A stretch of DNA of 64,000 bases from NCBI GenBank assembly GCA_051532035.1, contig JAOPTW010000006.1, positions 64,001-128,000 of the forward strand. The letters are read 5' to 3'. The notes below the pieces were generated by a model. The model was given only the letters and a program-made list of their open reading frames with translations. It ran no database searches and was not told where the DNA came from. Both the position numbers and the translations under genes were made by a program. This document shows, one piece after another, positions 42,268 through 51,875 of the stretch (within the stretch, counting starts at the first letter, position 1; every line of letters begins with the position of its first letter). Origin of the DNA: Fibrobacterales bacterium (GTDB lineage: Bacteria > Fibrobacterota > Fibrobacteria > Fibrobacterales > JAOPTW01).

Positions 42268-43122
42268 TTGCACCACATGCACACCCAAAAATCAAAAACA
42301 CTCACACATAGATTACTCAAGGTATCTTTCTCTATGATACTTTTGTTTTTGGTTGCACCTTCTCCGGCCTCATCAGAAGATGATAGCACCGGATTTGAAA
42401 TGGTTTACCCAACCACCATTCGCATTACTACCCATGAATACTCCCCCCACCATTCTCAGGACCTCCCCTTTGGAGGCGTTGCACTTCGGATAATTAAAGC
42501 GGCTTTTGCAACGGTTAATATTTCTGTTGAAATTGGTTTTTTCCCAAAAAACCGAAGTGACTACCTGGCATCATCAGGAAGATGGGATGCAACACTCCCT
42601 TTTTCACATACTTCAAAAGATGAAGAAACCTATCTCATTAGTGACACCATCTATCACTCAGCTACAGTCCTCTTTTCGAGAAACCGACCAATCACTCAAT
42701 GGAGCTCCTTTAAGAATTTTCGGTCACTACAACTGGGTGCGACTCATGGTCGCCAATACTCCAGAGATTTTCAGAGCGCCATTGATGCAGGGCTCCTTCA
42801 CGTAGACTTCTCTATCTCTGACAAGCACAACTTCACTAAGCTCGTTCAAGGAGATATTGACCTCTTCCCTTGTGATATTGACGCAGGGTACGCTATTATA
42901 CAGCGCTTCTTCGCATCATTTACGAACCCTTCTTTTACCCACGCACCCAAAATTGTAACAACACACCCTCATTTTTTGCTGATCTCAACTGAGACGCCCC
43001 ATGCCGAATATTTCCTTCGCGCATTTAACACAGGACTCAAACGCCTCGCAATGGTTGGTCGACTCGATAGCTACCTCAAAGAACTCAGAAGTACCCGCAT
43101 TTTATTACAAAACCAAAAATAG
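42268..43122 (+). CDS. Periplasmic substrate-binding protein (amino-acid-binding family 3-like)
   Basis: HEYSPH, GGVALRIIKAAF, LGATHG, LVQGDIDL, FNTGLKRL. Confidence 0.75.
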   Translation: MHHMHTQKSKTLTHRLLKVSFSMILLFLVAPSPASSEDDSTGFEMVYPTTIRITTHEYSPHHSQDLPFGGVALRIIKAAFATVNISVEIGFFPKNRSDYLASSGRWDATLPFSHTSKDEETYLISDTIYHSATVLFSRNRPITQWSSFKNFRSLQLGATHGRQYSRDFQSAIDAGLLHVDFSISDKHNFTKLVQGDIDLFPCDIDAGYAIIQRFFASFTNPSFTHAPKIVTTHPHFLLISTETPHAEYFLRAFNTGLKRLAMVGRLDSYLKELRSTRILLQNQK

Positions 43123-43190
43123 TTCACTAAAACAAGCTTCACCTCACCCATCTTTTAGGTGTCAATCACTTTTTTACTACCTTTATTCCT

Positions 43191-44375
43191 ATGGAACAAA
43201 TCATTGATCAATTTTCTCACGAACTCTCAACAGCTCTTTTAGAAAAAAGATTTGTTAAAATAAGTTTTGGAAAGCCGACACAAAAAGATGGCGAATATAA
43301 AAAAGTAACCGGTCGGCTAATCCAAGCAAAAGAGACCACGCTATTGAGCCTCGCTTTTGAGACCGCTACTCAAACATTTACCAAAAATTTTGATTGCGCA
43401 CTCCAACATGAAACTGCTCTTTTAGAACTGACCACCCTCTGTGGAGCGCAATTTAAGAACATTAACCTCTTCACGACTTCTGGCGACTTTTTACTCATGT
43501 ATAGCAAAAAGCTTATTCCACGCATGCAGAAAAAACCAGCGACCTTCAAGACTCCTCGCGTTGAATTTCACAACAGAGAGAAACGACGATATCTCGAGCT
43601 CAAAAATAATGTTTATTTACGGGAACTCGGTATCACTACTCAAACGGGACAGATTGCACCCAGCAGACAAAACAAATTTAAACAGATTGATAAATTTGTT
43701 GAAGTCATTGATACGCTTATCCAAACCAGCGCATTAAAAGAGTCCAGCACCCCTATTGCTATTGCCGACATGGGCTCTGGCAAAGGATATCTCACTTTCG
43801 CACTCTATGACTACATTGCAAATACCCTTAAACTCCCTGTGACCTCTACAGGTATCGAATACCGCCAAGACCTCGTTGACACCTGCAACACCATAGCACT
43901 ATCAGCCGACTTTCAATCCCTCACTTTTGTGCCAGGCACCATTGAATCCAACCCCCTTAAGGAGATAGACCTCCTTATTGCACTCCATGCTTGTGACACT
44001 GCAACTGATGACGCCATTAAACAAGGCATTGATGCAAATGCTACTATTATTGTTACGGCCCCCTGCTGCCACAAACAGATACGTAAAGCGATGCAAGTTG
44101 AAGGCCCTCTTGCGGAAATTACCAAACACGGCATCTTAAAAGAACGGCAAGCAGAAATGATCACCGACACCATACGTGCACTCCTTCTTGAAGTACATGG
44201 TTATAAAACAAAAGTCTTTGAATTTATCGCGGATGCACACACCCATAAAAATGTGATGATTACCGCAGTCAAAAGAAGTGGCACTCCAAACCCTGAACCG
44301 CTTCTCAAAAAAATTGCAGACCTTAAAGAGACCTTTGGCATATCAGAGCACTATCTTGAGAGCATACTCTCTTAG
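43191..44375 (+). CDS. Class I SAM-dependent methyltransferase
   Basis: KFKQIDKF, DMGSGKGYLTF, ALHACDTATD, APCCH. Confidence 0.88.
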   Translation: MEQIIDQFSHELSTALLEKRFVKISFGKPTQKDGEYKKVTGRLIQAKETTLLSLAFETATQTFTKNFDCALQHETALLELTTLCGAQFKNINLFTTSGDFLLMYSKKLIPRMQKKPATFKTPRVEFHNREKRRYLELKNNVYLRELGITTQTGQIAPSRQNKFKQIDKFVEVIDTLIQTSALKESSTPIAIADMGSGKGYLTFALYDYIANTLKLPVTSTGIEYRQDLVDTCNTIALSADFQSLTFVPGTIESNPLKEIDLLIALHACDTATDDAIKQGIDANATIIVTAPCCHKQIRKAMQVEGPLAEITKHGILKERQAEMITDTIRALLLEVHGYKTKVFEFIADAHTHKNVMITAVKRSGTPNPEPLLKKIADLKETFGISEHYLESILS

Positions 44376-44460
44376 TTAAAACACAATCAGACTCCCCCAC
44401 CCCAATACACTGCATACAGGAGAGTTCAAGTCAATTGCATTACCGATCGAATACATCGAT

Positions 44461-46245
44461 TCACTCTTTCGTTTTTTCATTCCATTTATAAAACTGTGCA
44501 CCCACTGGTTTTCCAAGGGTAGACTCACTCTCTCCATTTAAGTGATATTGAATACCTCCTGAACGCGCTGAAAAATTCACTAAGTGATCGACTTTTATGG
44601 AATCACCTTTGGGCGCTTCAACACTATTTTTCAATACAATAGAGTTGTAAAAAAAGCTATAAATACCCAGTCCTATTGCAAAGTGATTTTTCACATCATC
44701 ATCAACTTTATAAGACGCATATCCTTCTCCTATTGGACTCATCCACTGATTTTGAATTGGCGGGTCATAAGGGATCTCTGATTGATAAAAGTAGACTGCA
44801 CCATATTCACCCTTCCATAGGGTTTGATACTTTTGAAAATGCTCATTAAAGAGCCCATACACCGTTACATGATCACCCGTAACCACTAAACCATTATCTG
44901 ATGTATTCACCGCCCATTCAGCTCCTGCACCATGGTCAGCCCTCCAAAGCCAGAGGTGATCAGCGATAACATCATTACTATGGATTTCAAGACACCGTTT
45001 TGCTTTGCCGGCTACCGCACCACCAACTCTACAAAAAAGGTCACTTATCGAAGTGGGGTTCTCACTATGACGAAGTGAGTCTCCCTCACTCCCAAACTTA
45101 AAAAGAACATCTGACTCCTGAAGACCTGCATCGGCAACAATACCAGCGACAACAACACCTGGCACATCATCAACCATTAGGGCTGCACTGCCTTTTTGAG
45201 GAATAAGGGTTGGCATCCCAAGCCCGAGTATCACCGTATTTGCCCGTTCTACATTGAGAGCACTCTCAAGACTATATATCCCTGGAGTGAGCAAGAGGTG
45301 TTTCCCTTGCTTAAGTGCACTATTGATCGTTTCAGCGTTATCCCGTTCAGGTTGCGCTACATAAAAAGAATCAATGGGAATTAAGCTCCCGCTCTCTGTA
45401 CCACTTTGCCAGCTCACCCCTATCGATTCTTGTCGAACACTCGGTACAAACACCCCGTACGAACCGTCATCTTGAATGGTAAGAAAGGGCTTTTCTCGCA
45501 CTCGAGGGGTTTTTTCGACAACCGAGTAAGGTCGTTCACCCCACCGCTCGGTCGGTGCGCCAGACACACCAACAAAAGTCATATTCCAATTACCTCCACG
45601 CCACCGCTGAATGGAATTGTTACGCATAAACCACTGTTGCTGTGAGTTTGCATAGGCCTCACCCGTTATAAGACAATTAGCCACATAGCCACCTGAACCC
45701 CATCCATCAAGATCGTACTTCATTGAGCCTTCAATATGCATCCGCCTAAAGGGGGCTGCCTGTGAAACGGCCCACACGTTATCACCCCGCGTAATGACTT
45801 TCATATTTTCTGCAGAGCGCCAAAACATTAAGGTCACGTTCATCCCATTACCCGCAGGGCCCGTGTGAGTGAGTGATTGTACCGCACCATTTATGGTGAC
45901 GTCACCGGGAAGAAGACCGAGGCCTGCAACATGTGTATAGTAATCAACATTGATGCGGAGCTTATAGTTCCCTGGCTCAAAGAGAAGCGCATATCGATCC
46001 TCCGAGAATTCAGCATGCTTCTGACGATCACTTACCTCATTAACCTTTTTTTGAATCTCTTTCATGTTCATGGAATCATTAAAAATAAAGACCCGGCTTC
46101 CAAAGAGCGCATTAAAAGTATCATCGGTATGTTCAATGTTTTTTGACACTCCACTATCCTTCTGTACCAATGTACAACTACTACTCAACAGTGTCCCTAT
46201 TCCTATACAGAGTAGTCCACATAATACCCTCATGTTACTCTTCAT
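44461..46245 (-). CDS. Bacterial-type GH55 exo-beta-1,3-glucanase-like lipoprotein
   Basis: RYALLFEPG, FWRSAEN, WAVSQAAPFRR, QQQW, WLWRADHG, NEHFQ, FYQSEIPYD; lipobox-like SSC. Confidence 0.8.
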   Translation of the reverse strand: MKSNMRVLCGLLCIGIGTLLSSSCTLVQKDSGVSKNIEHTDDTFNALFGSRVFIFNDSMNMKEIQKKVNEVSDRQKHAEFSEDRYALLFEPGNYKLRINVDYYTHVAGLGLLPGDVTINGAVQSLTHTGPAGNGMNVTLMFWRSAENMKVITRGDNVWAVSQAAPFRRMHIEGSMKYDLDGWGSGGYVANCLITGEAYANSQQQWFMRNNSIQRWRGGNWNMTFVGVSGAPTERWGERPYSVVEKTPRVREKPFLTIQDDGSYGVFVPSVRQESIGVSWQSGTESGSLIPIDSFYVAQPERDNAETINSALKQGKHLLLTPGIYSLESALNVERANTVILGLGMPTLIPQKGSAALMVDDVPGVVVAGIVADAGLQESDVLFKFGSEGDSLRHSENPTSISDLFCRVGGAVAGKAKRCLEIHSNDVIADHLWLWRADHGAGAEWAVNTSDNGLVVTGDHVTVYGLFNEHFQKYQTLWKGEYGAVYFYQSEIPYDPPIQNQWMSPIGEGYASYKVDDDVKNHFAIGLGIYSFFYNSIVLKNSVEAPKGDSIKVDHLVNFSARSGGIQYHLNGESESTLGKPVGAQFYKWNEKTKE

Positions 46246-46302
46246 ATCTGCCCCCGACCATTACTTAATGTAAATAATACATATAATGTGGTTCATGACG
46301 AA

Positions 46303-46330
46303 CAAAAGGTCTCTTCAGAGAGACCTTTTG
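46303..46330 (-). terminator. Hairpin/terminator between the two GH55 genes
   Basis: Perfect 12-bp stem CAAAAGGTCTCT-tcag-AGAGACCTTTTG. Confidence 0.7.
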
Positions 46331-46358
46331 CTACTAACTGTTCTAATAGTGTTGTTGA

Positions 46359-48359
46359 TTATGGGCCAAAGTACCCATCAAAATGACGCATATCATTATT
46401 ATTAGTTGGGCCACCTTGATTGTTAACCACATTTTCCATGCCACCACCTGCATCAGAAAACGTTACCGTAACGATATCTTCAATGTGCATTCCCGAAACT
46501 TCAGGGGTCTCTACTGCGTTGGCCATGCGCACCTCATTGTAGAAGAAACTATACATACCCAACCCATAGGCTTCATGTTCAGTCACCCCATCACCTACTT
46601 TATAGGCTGGATACCCGGGTACGGCCCCATTCATCCAGCTCTCTTGTGATGGCGGGTCATAGGGAATCTCTGATTGATAAAAATATGTTTGGCCTCTATT
46701 ACCATTCCACAAGGTTTGGTACTCCTGAAAATGCTCATTAAACAGACCATATACTGTAACATCATCACCATTAACCACAAGTCCATGGGCACTTTTATTT
46801 TCTTCCCACCCCCAGTTTGACCCTCTATTATTATCATCCCAATTCACGCCTGCTCCATGATCTGCACGCCACAGCCAAAAGTGGTCACCAATTACATTAT
46901 TACTATTAATAGTAATACAACGCTCAGCCCTACCAGAGAACTGCCCCCCAATTCTACAGAAATAATCACTCACTAATATTGGATTATCAGAGTGATCCTT
47001 ATTACTCCCCGGCTCACCAATCTGTAGTAGTGTTTCTGAACTTGTTGGACCCGCATCAATTACCAGCCCTGCAAGAACAATACCAGACTCATCTGCCGCA
47101 GTGAGTGCGGCCCCTCCATGCTGAGGCACCAAAGTAGGAAGCCCAAGCCCCAAAACGACTGTTTTGGGGTGTTTCACCGCTATTGCATCAGTAAGATTAT
47201 AGACCCCTGGTGTCAAAATCAGATGTTTCCCCTTTGCAAGTTCGGCATTAATATCGGTAACGGCATCACCTGGAGAAGCAATATAAAACGCACTTATCGG
47301 AATATGCTCACCACTGAGTTCACCGTCTCTCCAGTGAGTCCCCGAAACATTATAGCTCACATCAGGGACATATACAGAATAGTTACCAATATCATCAATA
47401 TACAATGTGGGTTTTTCTCGCATTATCGGCGCTTCATCAATTGCTGTTTCTGAGAGGGCACTCGTCCATCCCTCGCGCGCTCCAGGAACACCAACCCACA
47501 CCACATTCCAATTCACTCCGCTCCAACCACCTACTTCGGTGTTACGGGTAAACCACTGTTGTTGATTAAAGGCCGTTACTGTGCCCTCAATAACACTATT
47601 TGCTAAGAACCCGCCACTCGCATATCCACTACCCATATCTATTAAGAGATCACCTTTTACATGCATTCTTCGATACGGTGCCGCTTGAGAAACAGCCCAC
47701 ACAACCTCTTTTTCCGGGTGTACTTCAAAGTTTTCGGCCATTCGCCAAAACTGGGTAGTAATGTTACCACTCGATTCTGTAGTAACAGACTGCACAGATC
47801 CTTCAATTTTTACAGCACTGGGAAGCAGACCAAGCCCTGCTGCATGCATATAGTACCCAACATCAATGGTAAGTTGATAGGTTCCAGGCTTGAAGAGCAA
47901 CGCAAACCTATTTGCACTAAACTCATCATTTGCCTGACCTGCATGTATTGATTGTATTTCATTTGAGATGGCTTGCATATCCATTTCGGGAGAGTAAATT
48001 TTTACATTCGGTCCAAAATCTACTGCATAGTATTCTGTGTGAGAACTGTAACTATCCTCCGTCGCATCAATAAAGGATGAACTCTCTATTTCGGAAAAAG
48101 AACTTTCATTTTTTGTGGAAGACTGACCGATTGTTGCACTTGATTCTGAGCTGGAAACTATTTCATCACTAGAGGAATTACTCTCTTGTTCACTAGAACT
48201 CTCTTCACTCAATTCTTCAGATGATATACCTTCACTACTGAACTCATAATCAGCACTTCCTGAAGAAAATACATCATCAGTATCTGTTTGTCGATCCTCT
48301 TTAGAACAGGCAAAAAACAGAAAAACAATAGAAATAAAAATAGCGAACCGTTGTACCAC
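46359..48359 (-). CDS. Bacterial-type GH55 lipoprotein with Ser-rich linker (paralog of 44461-46245)
   Basis: Lipobox FAC, poly-Ser linker, FWRMAEN, WAVSQAAPYRR, WLWRADHG, NEHFQ, FYQSEIPYD. Confidence 0.8.
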   Translation of the reverse strand: MVQRFAIFISIVFLFFACSKEDRQTDTDDVFSSGSADYEFSSEGISSEELSEESSSEQESNSSSDEIVSSSESSATIGQSSTKNESSFSEIESSSFIDATEDSYSSHTEYYAVDFGPNVKIYSPEMDMQAISNEIQSIHAGQANDEFSANRFALLFKPGTYQLTIDVGYYMHAAGLGLLPSAVKIEGSVQSVTTESSGNITTQFWRMAENFEVHPEKEVVWAVSQAAPYRRMHVKGDLLIDMGSGYASGGFLANSVIEGTVTAFNQQQWFTRNTEVGGWSGVNWNVVWVGVPGAREGWTSALSETAIDEAPIMREKPTLYIDDIGNYSVYVPDVSYNVSGTHWRDGELSGEHIPISAFYIASPGDAVTDINAELAKGKHLILTPGVYNLTDAIAVKHPKTVVLGLGLPTLVPQHGGAALTAADESGIVLAGLVIDAGPTSSETLLQIGEPGSNKDHSDNPILVSDYFCRIGGQFSGRAERCITINSNNVIGDHFWLWRADHGAGVNWDDNNRGSNWGWEENKSAHGLVVNGDDVTVYGLFNEHFQEYQTLWNGNRGQTYFYQSEIPYDPPSQESWMNGAVPGYPAYKVGDGVTEHEAYGLGMYSFFYNEVRMANAVETPEVSGMHIEDIVTVTFSDAGGGMENVVNNQGGPTNNNDMRHFDGYFGP

Positions 48360-48523
48360 AGATACCCCCTCATAAGCACCGCAGAGCTTATGTAATTCTT
48401 ACATTAATATATATTAAAAAAGAAAGGGAAGGCAGATGGGGATTGACTGAAACTGAATCTCCCCTCACTTCCCCAACAACCTGTACAATTTAGTTATAGA
48501 GCAAAAATGTATTTTGTAAAGCA

Positions 48524-50122
48524 CTACCAAGCAGTCTGCTCAAAATCATATGCTTTTGGGCAGAAAATTATTTCAAATTTCGTAGAAGGGTGACAAGTAT
48601 AAAGTGAGCCCGCATCATCATAGGCAAACGTATAAATTTTAGGCGCCATTTCATGTGACACATCCACATATTGAGTCTTCCAAATGCTAAACTGGTGATC
48701 TCTCTCATTACATTGTTCTGAGCTTACACCAGCAATCAGGTTATTACCATCCATATGAGTAGGACAACATGAACGCAAGGCAATGGGATCATCCCATTCA
48801 TCTAATCCATCCTCAAAGGTGAGATATTTACATGGAGAATAACATCCAATCCTTTCACCATCACTGTTTCGATAACTCAAGTCAAAATCCCGATACCCAT
48901 CTTGATCGAGACTCTCATGTTCCGGACATTTATCAACATCGAGACGCGACCCATTAACTACCACACATTTACTCCATTCATCTACTTTATCACCTTTAGG
49001 AATAACTACATAAGGCAAAGTATAGCCATCAACATTACTGGCATTATAATACATCTCAACTGACTCATTATCAACAGCCTCCCATGTAATCTCGAATTTC
49101 GATTCAATAGGAGGCGTACAAGCATCACCTAATGCTCCACCACACGTAGATGAACCGCCTATTTCACAATTTCTGCCAGTATCGTCACACCCTTGCTTTG
49201 GCCAATAGCGCGTCCCATTGATCTGACGATCCTCTGGAATATTATAATCATAGGAAGTTCCAGCTTCCAAAAACTTATTGAGATCAACTCCCCTGCTTTC
49301 AAGAAGTGCAATATGATCGGGCTGAGCCCCCATCTCTATCCAGAGATCTTCATCACAGTTATTGGTAATCCGTAACCGATTAGGTTGATCAACCACAACA
49401 TCCCAGGGTACCTCAGTTTTAGAACGTTGATACGCTGTTGTATACTCAAACCAGGTGGATACATCATCATGAACTGCTCCGACAGGAAGTACACTGCCTC
49501 CAATTTCAATCCAAACACGCACTTCTTCTTCACCCATAAAATAGTTCTTAGACACGTGATCAAGTTTAACAGTCCACTCTGCACCTGATTGCACAGGCGG
49601 GTTCAAGTCAAACCGATGCACAACAAAGTCTGACGCATCGTTAAGCCGAGTCTTATAGCGCACTAACACGTTACTCTCTCCTGAAGGAACCGGAAAGGTA
49701 ATCTCTATATTTCCTTTTGCATATTCCCTAAAGGTCACCGTACCATCAACTGCAACTATTTCATCAAAACTGGTATCTTCCCACTCATTGACCGAACTTA
49801 CCGCTTCAATTGAAGATGAAGACAGTACCCCTTGTTCTTCTGAAGAGACCATTACTTTGGCTGATGAAGAGTTATCTCCAACATTTGACGATTGTATTGG
49901 GGTACTACTCTGTCCGGTCGATACTGAACTCACACTTTCTGAATGAGATATCTGTGAACTCATTGGCGCTGTATTTGATGACTCATCAGCTGTAACTTCG
50001 GAACTATCTCCTTCCAACATCTCGACTTCTGGAGTAGTACTACATCCCCAAATAACCATACTTACACCCATCAACAAACTTATCTGAGCTATCATGTTAC
50101 CCCTCAAAAACTGATTAACCAT
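48524..50122 (-). CDS. Lipoprotein with C-terminal thaumatin (PR-5)-like domain
   Basis: Lipobox-like WGC, Ser linker; ITNNC, TRYWPKQGC, SKFEITW, YYNASNVDGYTLP, GCYSPC, YTFAYDD, EIIFCP match the thaumatin pattern. Confidence 0.8.
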   Translation of the reverse strand: MVNQFLRGNMIAQISLLMGVSMVIWGCSTTPEVEMLEGDSSEVTADESSNTAPMSSQISHSESVSSVSTGQSSTPIQSSNVGDNSSSAKVMVSSEEQGVLSSSSIEAVSSVNEWEDTSFDEIVAVDGTVTFREYAKGNIEITFPVPSGESNVLVRYKTRLNDASDFVVHRFDLNPPVQSGAEWTVKLDHVSKNYFMGEEEVRVWIEIGGSVLPVGAVHDDVSTWFEYTTAYQRSKTEVPWDVVVDQPNRLRITNNCDEDLWIEMGAQPDHIALLESRGVDLNKFLEAGTSYDYNIPEDRQINGTRYWPKQGCDDTGRNCEIGGSSTCGGALGDACTPPIESKFEITWEAVDNESVEMYYNASNVDGYTLPYVVIPKGDKVDEWSKCVVVNGSRLDVDKCPEHESLDQDGYRDFDLSYRNSDGERIGCYSPCKYLTFEDGLDEWDDPIALRSCCPTHMDGNNLIAGVSSEQCNERDHQFSIWKTQYVDVSHEMAPKIYTFAYDDAGSLYTCHPSTKFEIIFCPKAYDFEQTAW

Positions 50123-50337
50123 ATATGTGTCCCCTAAATATACTTTCAATGATCTGTATCACAAACACCTTTATGTAAAATTAACATAGAGATAGTGTCA
50201 TTATTATCCCCTCAGCATCCTAACAATTCTTACTTCAAGATTCAATATTTACTGTGCAAAGCTGTATTTTGAACCAACCCTAACAATATTCTAACGGCAA
50301 TTTATTACATTCTACCCTCATTAATAGCGAGGACCCT

Positions 50338-50766
50338 ATGTCAAAATCTATCATGGTCATGTGTACCGGAAACTCATTTAGAAGTCATATGGCTGAAGCG
50401 TTTATCCGTTCATTTGCCGGAGACGCAGCAACAGTATACAGTTCAGGAGTAAAAGCGAGTGGCAAAATATACCCTTGGGCAATTACACTTATGGCTGAAG
50501 AGAGTATCGATATATCCAATCAAACCTCGGATCAGATCGACATCTACTTGGACAAAGAATTCGACTATGTTATCACCGTATGTGACAACGCAAAAGAGAC
50601 CTGCCCCGTATTCCCCAAACCGGTTGGACAAGTTATCCACCACAGCTTTAAGGACTATGAGCCACAAGGTGATTTAAGTGATGAAGCGTATATTGAAACA
50701 CTTAGACCAATTCGTGACGCCATAAAATCATGGTGTAAAGAGTTTGTAGCAACAGAACTCTCATAG
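50338..50766 (+). CDS. arsC: Thioredoxin-type arsenate reductase / LMW-PTP fold
   Basis: CTGNSFRS (CX5R loop) and TVCDNAKETCP (resolving Cys pair). Confidence 0.82.
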   Translation: MSKSIMVMCTGNSFRSHMAEAFIRSFAGDAATVYSSGVKASGKIYPWAITLMAEESIDISNQTSDQIDIYLDKEFDYVITVCDNAKETCPVFPKPVGQVIHHSFKDYEPQGDLSDEAYIETLRPIRDAIKSWCKEFVATELS

Positions 50767-50931
50767 ATACTTATTGAGGAATTATAGGGCTGTAGCTCCG
50801 ATTCTATCAGATCAGCAGCCCATACATTACTGTATCATCATATTTAATACATTCTTGTTTAATCAGCCCCCTATTTCCTTGCATTCCCCTATTCGATAGC
50901 TACTTTCGTGAAAAAATAATCGGATCAATGC

Positions 50932-51771
50932 ATGAAACAGTTACTCATAATAGCACTCTGTGCTACAGCACTTTTTGCTCAAGATACCACAAAGGCAGAC
51001 GCCCCCAACCCCCTTCAGAAAAAACTCGTCGCTACTTTTAATGCAAACCAAGACAGTTACTCAAACTGGGTTGAAGGTGGTGAAGACACTTATGGGTGGA
51101 AGTTACTTGTAAATGGTGGCCTTGATTACATACAAAAGAACTGGGAATTTAAAAACACTCTCGAAATAGAGTATGGCCGTACTGCAGTGGGCGACCTCCC
51201 GAGCATAAAATCATCAGATAAACTCTTCATCGAATCACAGTACAACTACACTCTTTTTTCCCATACCGCTGGCTATGCTGCGGGCCAATTGAGCACACAA
51301 TTTACTCCAGGATACACTCACGCAAAACCAAGGAGAGCAAAAGTATCTACTTTTTTTGATCCTGGATACCTCATGGAATCAACAGGCCTCTCATACTCAC
51401 CCGATAAACTCTTCTCTTCCCGCCTTGGGTTTGCTCTGAAACAGACCATTTCATCCAAAGAATTTGGCTGGGCAGATGATGTAGAAACACTGGAGCGCGA
51501 GTCATTTAAAAATGAACCCGGCCTTGAATCAGTCAGTGAACTCAATCTCGGCATCAATGACATCCTCACTTATACTTCCCGCCTTTCACTTTTTAGTAAC
51601 TTTAAAGGGGCGAGCCGTATTGATTCTCACTGGAAAAACAAATGCAGTGCTCAAGTAATGACGTATCTCACTATAGATCTCTCTTTTGAAATGCTCTATG
51701 ATTACGATCTTGATCACGACAATCAGTACAAACAAGGTATGAGCCTCGGACTTACTTACAAACTTTTTTAG
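50932..51771 (+). CDS. DUF3078-like outer-membrane beta-barrel protein
   Basis: Signal peptide, Q..YSNWVEGG, KSSDKL, TQFTPGY, FFDPGY, C-terminal YKLF. Confidence 0.75.
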   Translation: MKQLLIIALCATALFAQDTTKADAPNPLQKKLVATFNANQDSYSNWVEGGEDTYGWKLLVNGGLDYIQKNWEFKNTLEIEYGRTAVGDLPSIKSSDKLFIESQYNYTLFSHTAGYAAGQLSTQFTPGYTHAKPRRAKVSTFFDPGYLMESTGLSYSPDKLFSSRLGFALKQTISSKEFGWADDVETLERESFKNEPGLESVSELNLGINDILTYTSRLSLFSNFKGASRIDSHWKNKCSAQVMTYLTIDLSFEMLYDYDLDHDNQYKQGMSLGLTYKLF

Positions 51772-51793
51772 TCTTCTCTAAACTATATCTATT

Positions 51794-51831
51794 AAAAAAG
51801 CAGAGTACTTAATCAGTACTCTGCTTTTTTT
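51794..51831. terminator. Bidirectional intrinsic terminator
   Basis: AAAAAAGCAGAGTACT-taatc-AGTACTCTGCTTTTTT between convergent genes. Confidence 0.85.
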
Positions 51832-51875
51832 GTCTCTACTGCGAATACGATTGGGAGGGAATATCCGCTTCGAGA

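Noticed and set aside
50338..50766. ArsC with CTGNSFR instead of CTGNSCR as an inactive variant
   Set aside because: The nucleophilic Cys, the Arg and both resolving Cys are present. The substituted position is variable in this family.
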